Assembly: GCA_024626585.2 (NCBI GenBank)
Contig: JANKJI020000004.1
Span: 87,171,616 to 87,189,849 of the forward strand
Direction: 5' to 3'
Source of the DNA: Ginkgo biloba
Taxonomy: Eukaryota; Plantae; Ginkgophyta
DNA: 18,234 nucleotides
The translations under genes were made by a program, and so were the position numbers. Shown here piece after piece: positions 8,771 through 18,234 of this stretch. Numbering within the stretch: position 1 is the first letter of the stretch; each line of letters begins with the position of its first letter. The notes beneath the pieces were generated by a model. The model was not told the DNA's origin and made no database searches. It worked only from the letters and a program-made list of their open reading frames with translations.

Positions 8771-10808
8771 TAACAATTAAACATTAACCAAACATATTTT
8801 ACAATAAAATTTTAAAAAGGATAATTCATTATTTAAGGTTGATGTGAAAGTGACTAAATTACTAACATAATTCACCATGTGAGGTTGGTGTAAGGCTTCC
8901 ACTTTCATGGTGTGAACATGTAGGCCTACATATCTCTATTTAAAAAATGGAATAAGAATTCAATACTCTTTATCAAAGTTATTCTATTTAAAGACATGTT
9001 TGTATTTTATAAAAACTCTAGTTCTATTACAAATACCAAGTGAATTTAAAAAATGGTAGGCAAATTCGAATTTAATACCAATTTCTTCATGTTTCAAAGT
9101 GAGGTTGACATTTCTAGAACTCAAGCATGATGATGATGAAGTGTAGTATGATATTTTTGTTGAGCTTGAAGAATATACAAACTAGTGAGGAATTATTAAG
9201 AATAAAGTAAACAACTAAAAGATTATCCTACATGGACATTGAGTAGTTCGACCTAATTTAGTCTATGGTGCTTGAAAAAAAGATGTGTTGCATGAACTAA
9301 CTCTAACAAAATAAATAAGTTTATATTTATAACTATCTTTAACTTAGGTAGCCTGAGGAATCTAATTTTAGAGAAATTAATGAAGTAGTCTAGTTTTCCA
9401 ACAATGAAATATCCATCACCCTACAACATAGGATGGTTAAACAAATAAGTAAATACCATAATTAATAATTNNNNNNNNNNNNNNNNNNNNNNNNNNNNNN
9501 NNNNNNNNNNNNNNNNNNNNNNNNNNNNNNNNNNNNNNNNNNNNNNNNNNNNNNNNNNNNNNNNNNNNNNGGATAATACTCTTCTAAGAATAGGATTTTT
9601 AAATTTTCATGAATATTAATTTGGAAACTATTAATAAATTTTTTTATATATTTTATTTTATTAAGATTAGTTTATTCACTTCGTAATTTTTATCATTCAT
9701 GCTTTATCTCAAGATAGGGGGATTATCCCATCATAGCTAACACTCACATTGATTATTCTTTATTTGTCAGTATCTTTATGTGCTTTTCTAAAGTTTGAGA
9801 AAATGTTTTTTAAGCTATGTTATCTTTCTATTTCATGATCAATATTTTAAAATTCACCATTAAACATTATCATATCAAATTCATTACTACTTGGTTAGTT
9901 AGACTCTTAAAAGTCATGCAATCTCTTCTCTCAATATAAGGAAAATATACATTTAGGTCTAAGGTATCATTGACTTCCAATTTTTAGTATAATGAAACTT
10001 GTTCAATTAGAAAATAATTTTAGGAAAGTTTAGGAAAAAAAGAAGAAGAATCCGAATGGTGAATATTATCCACTAATAATATCTATGCTACATACACAAT
10101 CCACATCATAGACATGTTATAATGCATTGACTTTTTTAAAATGTACAACATCAACATCAAATACATCACCAAACATATTCAATATCCTACTAATCAACTC
10201 ATTTTTTCTTTTGAAATATTAAAATTTGATTAAACTTTAAAATAACAATGTATATAACACATAGACTATATTTTTATCCATAAGTATTATAATTATAAAT
10301 TAAATAACTATAGTTAAATACAAAATTTCAAGCTACCGAGGCTTGATATGAGACATGTTTTGAAATTTATATTAATCCTAACATTTACATTACTTCAAAA
10401 ATATTCCCTCCTAATGTTATAGGACCTTAATTATACTATCCATCTCTCATCTATATAGCTCTTAAGGGAAGGTAAACAACTTCTTTTTTTAGAGTGTTTG
10501 CTAGAGTATTTTTATCCCTAAAGATATGGTTAATGTGATATGTTTCAAAATGCCTAGCAAGGCCTTAGCATTCATCCCATTGCATGCATAAATCCTAGTG
10601 TTCCAACATGTTTTCCCTTATTATTACTTTGTAAATTATGGGGAAAAAATATGCCCCATCATAATTTCTACCTTTTTATTGACTTATTATTTAAAAGAGA
10701 AAGCTTTATTGATAATTTCAGAGGAACATTGGCAACAAACTATGATTTGTGTAACATAATGTCTTCATATTGGTTTAGTGAAGTAATGGGGTTATAATCC
10801 TGCATCAA

Positions 10809-11015
10809 TATATATGTGTGTGTATGTGTATGTATTTATGTACATATACATATAAACATACACACACACACAAAATGTATGTGTGTGTGTGTATACATAC
10901 ACAAATATACATACATACATATATATATATATATGCAAACATATATATACACATATATATATACACACATATATATACATATATATACATATACATATAC
11001 ACACATATATATATG
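10809..11015. repeat. Compound (TA)n/(CA)n/(TG)n microsatellite
   Basis: Alternating purine-pyrimidine low-complexity tract running into an N gap. Confidence 0.95.
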
Positions 11016-12167
11016 NNNNNNNNNNNNNNNNNNNNNNNNNNNNNNNNNNNNNNNNNNNNNNNNNNNNNNNNNNNNNNNNNNNNNNNNNNNNNNNNNNNNN
11101 NNNNNNNNNNNNNNNTAATGAAAACATGATAAATGTGCATCTATAGTGCTAAATCTATAGTAAACCTATAGTGATAATTGATAAATCATGATGAATATGT
11201 ACTGGGGTCTGCACAAAACGTTAGAGATTTATAAAGAAATGCTACACAAAATACACGCTAAGTATATAAAAGTTGAGTGCTAATGCCCATGTAGTAAGAA
11301 TACAAAATTAACTTAAACATTGATGTTGATAATCATAGTTTAATGATGCACCGAATTAATATGATAGTTAATGTCTAATGGGTATAACAGATTTGCATAA
11401 GGGAAAAAAGAAATGTTAAAATGCGAATGGGTATAACAGAAATAGATTTAGCAGACCAATGGGTTAAATCTTGAACACCTCCTTCTACTCAAGCTACTCC
11501 TCGCACATGGGCTTCTCAACTACCCTTATAATCTGCTATTAACTTACGGGTATATATCGCCCTGCTACAATCTTACATTAGAGAGAGATATAGCAGAGAT
11601 ATGTATGCATTGATGTATAAAGCAAGGAAGTTATACCAATAATGTAATATTTCATGCACGCACCGTATCATGCCACTATCTATATGGTTGTTCAAATGAC
11701 TAGATAGCCATGGCCTTTGACAATTAGATTTAGTTATAGCAAGCAAGTCAAACACCATGTTAGACGATCATAGATTTAGCCTGTTGCAGGAGTATGTAAA
11801 AAGAATAATATTGTGCTAAGAGAATAATTACACTGTGTGGCATAAATACAAATGAAAAATATTGTAGAGACAAACTCTAAAAATTAAACTGAGAAATTCC
11901 AAATAGTAAAATGGTGGGAGAAATATGGAAAATAATCTTCTTGGACAGTCCACCTCCAGGTATCTTATTGTTAATAAAACGTAACCTTAGTTGTTTAGGT
12001 AAACAATCTTCCCATGATATAGAGTCTACCGAGATTGGACTTTCAAAAAAAAAAAGAAAAAACACAATTAGCAATTTGTAAACAAAACATAACATTTTGA
12101 TAAAATGGCAAAGAATAGGAGTGTTTCATGCTAAAAGAAAAAACTAAAAAAGAATATGCAATGGGTT

Positions 12168-12186
12168 AGTCCCACTGGGCGTGCCA
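12168..12186 (-). other. LTR-retrotransposon primer-binding site, tRNA-Arg-like (Tat/Ogre-type)
   Basis: The minus strand reads ...CATTCA ttc TGGCACGCCCAGTGGGACT. The plus strand AGTCCCACTGGGCGTGCCA resembles a plant tRNA-Arg 3' end including the post-transcriptional CCA. tRNA identity is from recall. Confidence 0.75.
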
Positions 12187-12189
12187 GAA

Positions 12190-12821
12190 TGAATGCATGG
12201 AATTTAGAGCTACAAAATGGAAACAAAGAATAAAACTAAGCTTATAATCTAACTCGATGCAATCATTAGATTGAGCCAAAAGTGATTTTCTCGGATAGAA
12301 TGTTGGTGTTGGTTTCTCCCGATCCAGTGTAAGAACTTTGTAGTAGCAGTTATGGAAAATGGTGGATCAAGATTTCTAATGGTGTTTTACAATATTGTCT
12401 CTCTCCAAGAAAAATGAGTCATCTCACTCTCTTGAGAAACAAAGCCATTTTGGATAATTAAAATGAAGAATGAATGAGAGAAAAATGATTCGCCTTTTTC
12501 CCAAGTCTATAATGAATGCTATCTTTTTATTTTATTTTTATTTTTCTTTTTGCATGGATTTTTTATTAGATAGATTTAGGATATTCTTCTTATTTTTAGG
12601 GATTTGGGGATTTTTTATTTTTAGATAGATTTAGGCGCATGAATCTAAGTAAGAAATAATTAATTTGCTAATAATGATTATTATTTAATTAATTATATGA
12701 TAATGCTAGTTGGCTTAAAAGGGGTTAAAATATGATTAAGTGATTAGAGTATTTTCTTTAATATGGGCTTAGGATGGATTAGTTAGTGATAGCTTAAAGT
12801 GGTGAATTTTAGATGTCTACA
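12190..12821 (-). mobile_element. LTR (632 bp, TG...CA) of a Tat/Ogre-like Ty3/gypsy element
   Basis: On the minus strand it starts TGTAGACATC directly after the polypurine tract AAAGAGGGGGAAAA (12835-12822) and ends ...ATGCATTCA 3 nt before the PBS. Confidence 0.68.
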
Positions 12822-13112
12822 TTTTCCCCCTCTTTGAAAGGGTGTCGCAACTGGAAGAAGTGNNNNNNNNNNNNNNNNNNNNNNNNNNNNNNNNNNNNNN
12901 NNNNNNNNNNNNNNNNNNNNNNNNNNNNNNNNNNNNNNNNNNNNNNNNNNNNNNNNNNNNNNATTTGTGTGTATGATGAAGGAGCATCCCTATAAACCCT
13001 TAGAAAAAATGGCCATTTTTTAATTTTTTAAAAGAAGACAATCTGACATCCTTGGGCCAAATCGACATCGACATCGATTGAATGACATTGTCAGATAATA
13101 ATTAAAAGAAGA

Positions 13113-13575
13113 CTAAAAATGTCGATAAAAGTTCAATGGGTGATTGACATAATCGGATGAGCAAAGGAAAACACTAGCATGAATTTTGGACTCAATGAGT
13201 GTCAANNNNNNNNNNGGAGTTATAAAAGTTTATATTGGTCATTTTATGAGGACACCATGACATAGAATGACATAGGAGAAACCAACAAATAGTGGTAGTG
13301 TCCAATTACTCACCAAATGTTCACCTACCAAAGTTAATGTAGTATGGAAAAAAATGAGTGTTGGCACTCAGTGATTCGATACTACATTTGCAAGGTGATG
13401 GAAGGAGATGGTAGTGGAATTCCTAAAGGATTTGTGTCTATGCTTGACTGGTGAATTATCTAATAATGCATTTAATACNNNNNNNNNNNNNNNNNNNNNN
13501 NNNNNNNNNGAAGCTTCATGAAGAAGCTATCAGAGGGATAAGAATAAAGGCTTAGAAAAAGAAGAGAAAGGGGTT
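13113..13575 (+). repeat. Dispersed ~450-bp repeat, copy 1 (probably retroelement-derived)
   Basis: Colinear with 15730-16177, roughly 80-85% identical by eye, with shared blocks TTGGACTCAATGAGT, GGAGTTATAAAAGTT, ACCTACCAAAGTTAAT and AAGAAGAGAAAGGGG. Confidence 0.9.
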
Positions 13576-13816
13576 TTTCCCTAGAATATTGTTTGGCTGG
13601 AACAAGTTTTGTAAGTGATTATTGGAAGTAAGGGAAGCCTTTTCTCTCCAAGTTTAGTTTGATTATGGCTTCGAGAATAGTTTTAGCTCAGGTGACATGA
13701 GTGGATTTGTTGGTTGTGTGCAAGTAGCTAAAGAAGGAGTGATTGATGAAGGAGAAGAGTGTATGCAAAGCTTACAAATTACTTGAGTGATACTGAAGAG
13801 AACTCTGCCCATGTTT

Positions 13817-14081
13817 TAGTGTTTGATTCACCTGTAGATTGACATAATCATCGATCAAGGAAGTTGGTAATGGATTGATTACTCTACCCATATAATTTGG
13901 TGCTTGAGGCCCTTATAGACTCATAGAATCGTTGATCAAGGTAGTTGGTAAGGGTGACATATATTTCTCCTAATACTTAGTGTATGAAACACCTATAAAT
14001 CAACAAAATCATTAATCAAGAAAGTTGGTAGTGGCATAGAGCATCCTGTTGAATGTATTAGTGTGTGAAACACCTGTAGAC
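13817..14081. repeat. Diverged ~81-bp tandem repeat, at least 3.3 copies
   Basis: Units start at 13817, 13898, 13978 and 14059 and share cores TAGTGT.TGA..CACCT.TAGA and ATCAAG..AGTTGGTA..GG. The array is cut by an N gap. Confidence 0.82.
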
Positions 14082-15729
14082 NNNNNNNNNNNNNNNNNNN
14101 NNNNNNNNNNNNNNNNNNNNNNNNNNNNNNNNNNNNNNNNNNNNNNNNNNNNNNNNNNNNNNNNNNNNNNNNNNNNNNNNNCAAGCAAGCTAAGTATTGG
14201 GTTACTGGGCCTTCAGGAAATTGGAGTTCAGGCCCCTAGACAAGGTTGTGGTATATGATGCCCCCCTTAGCAATCCTAATGGTTGTATTTTATTTTATCA
14301 AGTTATTAGGTTATTAGGGTCCTAGGTATTCAAACTCCAAGAAGATGCACTATGTAACACATGTAGACTTGTCATTTTTTATAAGTTGCATTTTGTCAGA
14401 GGATCAGGTCCATCCCATTGTGGATTTTAAAGGTCTGAACCCAATGACTCTTCTAAAATCATGATTATATGGACCTAACAAACTCTCTAGATTCTATTTA
14501 ATTAGAGTTAGGTATTCTGGAGTGGTTGCACTCAGCGCATCTCAAAATGTCTGATGGAGTGAACTCGACATCACTTTATGTTATAGTTATGAGATTATTT
14601 AAGTTATGTGTAGTGGAATATAGAGGAGAAAGAATATTAATTTTAATCATCCCAACAGTGTATTGGTTCTTCGGGCCTCCACCTTCCTAGACTACACTAT
14701 TATACACCCTTTGTAGACCCAATGAGTCATAAAGTTATATTTAATCAAAATTAGGGATTTTGAGGTAGCCATGCCTGTAACATTGCTAAAAGTTTGATTG
14801 AGCAAACCTAAGAACTCTAATAATATAATTATGAGGATATTAGTTAATAAAATAAAAAGGAATAATCAAAGGAGAGAGAAAGACTTTAAAATTCAGGAAT
14901 CAAGGATCCAGGGGAGGTCATGGTTCACATCCCTCCCCATGGACTTGAGGATTTTATTTAAATTAATTTTGGGGCCGCCATTCAAAGGAAATAAAATAAT
15001 GAGGTGAATAGTGGCTATCATGTGTTTGGGATATCAACATATCAGGGTTTTTAAGGGAATAAACCCTACCTAAATCCTGACATGACAGGCCTGACAGACA
15101 TAAAATTATAATATTATTAGAGATATGGGAGTTAAGGTTTTAAACCAAGGTTGCGCCCAAAGCCTTCTTCAAAGGTTTGATATCACAGACCCAATGAAAT
15201 ATTAAATTGGAACATAATCGGGTAATCATAGATCAAGGGTTCTTAAAGAGGGATGCCTTCTTTTGAGATTTTGACTCTGTAGGGCTAATGACTTTTTCAA
15301 ATATGATTAATCCCCAGAGGATTATAAAGGACTATATTGGGTCATGGGGAGATTAGATCGATAATAAGGTATTGTAAACCTGACAATGAATGAATTTGAA
15401 TATTATTAAAGGTACAATCAATGTGAGGAGGCACACTCNNNNNNNNNNNNNNNNNNNNNNNNNNNNNNNNNNNNNNNNNNNNNNNNNNNNNNNNNNNNNN
15501 NNNNNNNNNNNNNNNNNNNNNNNNNNNNNNNNNNNNNNATTGAGGTTTATGCATTTGTGTTTGGTTGTTTTGATGAATTGACTCATGATGTTATATTATA
15601 TATTTTATCCATTGTGCTTAATTATATGAATATTTTCTAATGTGATAATGATAATGATTGTGGCTTTATATGAAAAGTTTATATCATATGCTAACCCAAG
15701 TGACATGTTTAAGGTACAGGGTTGTTACA

Positions 15730-16177
15730 CTAACATTATTCATAAAATTTTAATGGGTGAGTGACATCATTAAATGAGAAAAAGAAAACACAAACATGAC
15801 TGTTGGACTCAATGAGTTTCAAGGAGTTATAAAAGTTCATTTTGGTTATTTTGTGAGGATGCCATGTCATAAACTAACATAGGAGAAATAGACAAATAGT
15901 GGTGGTGCCCAATCACTCGCCAAATGTTTACCTACCAAAGTTAATATAGTATGGAAAAAATTGAGTGTTGGAACTCAGTGAGTTGATACTACATATGCAA
16001 GACGATGGAAGGATATGGTAGTGGAATGGATGAAGGAGTTGTTTCTCTACTTGACTAGTGAATTCTCTAATAATTCATTTAATACATCACCAACCCAATC
16101 ATTAGAGGAGGTGGAGCTTCACTAAGAAGTTATTAGAGGGATAAGCATAAAGGCTCAAAATAAGAAGAGAAAGGGGT
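15730..16177 (+). repeat. Dispersed ~450-bp repeat, copy 2, bounded by apparent LTR ends
   Basis: Homology to 13113-13575 starts right after GGGTTGTTACA (ending 15729) and stops right before TGCTAATGCA (16178). Confidence 0.88.
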
Positions 16178-16577
16178 TGCTAATGCATAGAGGATTGGTT
16201 ATGGTCACTCTTGATCCAAAACAGGCATGCACATGATACATCGTGGAACCCAAGGCTTGCATAAGACTTGACCAATCCAAATTTAGTTCTCAATCTAGGA
16301 CAAAAGCATAGATATAAACTACAAAGGAACATTCTCATTTAAGTTTTGCCAGAACCCTCATAAGAGGTTGATGAGTTACAATCCACATAAGATATATAAT
16401 CTACAAAACCCAAAATCTTAGTAAGTTATAACAAGAATGAGATATGAGAGAGACGATGAAGCCTTGTACAAAACTCCTTATACAAAACAAAGGCTTGTAT
16501 ATAAGCCCTACGGAAAGGGAACATTGATCTGTATCTCAGTGGGTGAGTCAAAATCTCCCAATGTCATTAACTACGAA
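16178..16577. mobile_element. Possible LTR terminus of a nested insertion
   Basis: A TG start coincides exactly with the break in homology between the two 450-bp copies. The other end and the TSD are not visible because of the gap. Confidence 0.35.
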
Positions 16578-17080
16578 NNNNNNNNNNNNNNNNNNNNNNN
16601 NNNNNNNNNNNNNNNNNNNNNNNNNNNNNNNNNNNNNNNNNNNNNNNNNNNNNNNNNNNNNNNNNNNNNNNNNNNNNTACTCTCAATAATTCTCCTCCCC
16701 TCTTTCTCTTCCATGAGCTCACCTTTTATAGCTAATCTTTCCAACCGCTTGAATGTTCTTAGGCTCCAACATTCTTCTATGGAAACCATCAGGTTAGGTA
16801 AAATTTGAGGACTAACATCTACCGCCATTAATGTTGGTAATGTCTCTGGTGTAGCTCCTCCCTCAGCTCCTCATGATTCATGAATCTACATTAATTATAG
16901 GTGCCACAGTCCTGCCTCCCGTAGTATCATTGTGTTCTTTTTTGACCTATGTCAGTTCTTTGCTCATTCTATCCCATGTTGGATTTAGCTCATCTGACGT
17001 ATATTGGTCTGTTGTTATCCCAATAATGTTGGTCTTTGCCACTCACCCATTCACCAACGATTACCATACTTTACTTCTAC

Positions 17081-17632
17081 ACCGACGCATGTCAAATTTA
17101 CATCTTTCCAACACATGTACAGACTTTACTCCTGCACTGACGCATGTCATATTTTCTATTTTTTGATGATGTCAGGCAACACCTCCTCTGACGATGTCAG
17201 ATAATACCTCCTCCAATGATGTCGAACAATACCTCCTCTGATGATGTCAGATAATACCTCCTATGACGATGTCAGACAATACCTCCTCTGACAATGTCAG
17301 ATAATACCTCCTCTGACAATGTCAGACAATACCTCCTCTGACGATGTCAGACAATACCTCCTTCGACGATGTCATATTTTACTTCACCAATGTATGTTGG
17401 ATATCACACCTTCTTATGGATGTTGGGAAATACATCTCTGATGGATGTCGGACAATACCTCCACCAATGTATGTCGAATTTTACTTCATCGACAGATGTC
17501 GAATATCACATCTTCCAATGGATGTTGACCAATACATCTCTGAGGAATGTCAGACACCACCTCCACCAACATATGTCATATTTTACTTCATTGACGCATG
17601 TCATATTTGGCTTCTCTAATACATGTCAAACT
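17081..17632. repeat. 25-bp minisatellite (8 homogeneous units, about 17168-17370) adjoining an older 102-bp four-monomer higher-order repeat
   Basis: GTC cores at 17171, 17196, 17221, 17246, 17271, 17296, 17321, 17346 and 17371 give the consensus GATGTCAGAYAATACCTCCTCTGAC. A 25+26+25+26 pattern then repeats at 17371, 17473 and 17575. Confidence 0.93.
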
Positions 17633-17639
17633 ACCCCTT

Positions 17640-18234
17640 TTCTAACCATGTTGGTGGGGTTGTGGTGCTCCCGCATTAGTGACCTAGCTTCCCCAAAGTT
17701 GCAAATTTAGCCTCCTAGGCATTAATTTGGCTCAATGAACTCTAGACTTGGTGATGAGCTTCATTGGCTTTGGCTTTGGCTTTCTTGACTTAGACAAATG
17801 AATTAAATAAATCCTTAAGGGACCCCTGAATCTCTATACTCATGGATGGAGACATGATAATCTTATCATGAGCTTTTTATAGCTCAATTTGCATCCTTTC
17901 CATAGCCTCTTTGGACATTTTATTTAAGATACTAGTGGATTTATCATATTCTAGGGTCACCTTAGGATGGCTAGGAGGTGGTGTATCCATCCTCTCAGCC
18001 TGTGCCAACTGCATTTGGATCCACTGTTGCTTGCTCATAACTTGGGTTGAGGATATTAGGGGTGTGGCAATTTTTGACTAATATGACATAAGAGAACTAG
18101 AAGCTAAGAGCATGGATGATCCTTTAGTGGTGGAGGAAGGAATGGAGGATTCAAGGGAAAAGGCCATGGTTGACCCCTTCAAGACTAAAAATAGGATTGG
18201 AGAGAACTAGGGTAGAAGAGTTCTCTAATGTAGA
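17640..18234 (-). pseudogene. Decayed reading frame of unknown identity, probably a retroelement accessory ORF
   Basis: About 200 codons in one minus frame with sparse stops, e.g. SKIATPLISSTQVMSKQQWIQMQLAQAERMDTPPPSHPKVTLEYDKSTSILNKMSKEAMERMQIEL*. No recognisable domain. Confidence 0.3.

Noticed and set aside
10792-11146. ORFs rich in Y/I/H/T/C/V
   Set aside because: Translations of a microsatellite plus an N gap.
12168-12186. tRNA gene
   Set aside because: Only the 3' 19 nt including CCA match and there is no cloverleaf upstream, so it is a PBS.
13817-14081. Core-plus-variable-linker array as CRISPR-like
   Set aside because: Cores are long and diverged; a decayed coding repeat explains it better.
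14182-15729. Complete solo LTR ending GGGTTGTTACA
   Set aside because: The right end looks LTR-like, but candidate starts (14254, 14353, 14776) give no matching 5-bp TSD and a gap intervenes.
17165-17370. Palindromic 25-bp repeat as a CRISPR array
   Set aside because: Units are head-to-tail with no unique spacers, there are no cas genes, and the context is eukaryotic.
1-18234. Hammerhead ribozyme or retrozyme
   Set aside because: The CTGANGA hits I inspected (near 6537, 13794, 17188, 17238) lack a following stem II-GAAA; a covariance-model search would be needed to exclude it fully.

Overview
AT-rich eukaryotic (plant) genomic DNA from a gappy draft assembly: 11 N-runs, eight of exactly 100 N. 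The density of old, stop-riddled LTR-retrotransposon debris suggests a large genome, possibly a gymnosperm (inference only). There is one intact gene, a single-ORF DREB2-type (AP2/ERF subgroup A-2) transcription factor at 5044-6186 (-). It has a compact promoter (TATA, CGCG boxes, CE3/ABRE-like, as-1/ocs-like), about five copies of a 21-aa Ser-rich repeat where the DREB2A negative regulatory domain would lie, and Gln at AP2 position 19. Two fold-back structures bracket the gene: a perfect 27-bp inverted repeat about 300 nt past the stop, and a double-hairpin insert between 17-bp direct repeats about 1.1 kb upstream. The rest is transposon debris: a decayed CRM-like Ty3/gypsy gag-protease (+), a chromovirus deletion derivative (-) with RT fused to the chromodomain, a probable CACTA end, a Tat/Ogre-like LTR flanked by both PPT and PBS, a duplicated ~450-bp segment, and 81-bp and 25/102-bp tandem arrays. 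No new biological system can be demonstrated from the sequence alone. The findings are leads, and all translations and alignments were done by eye.
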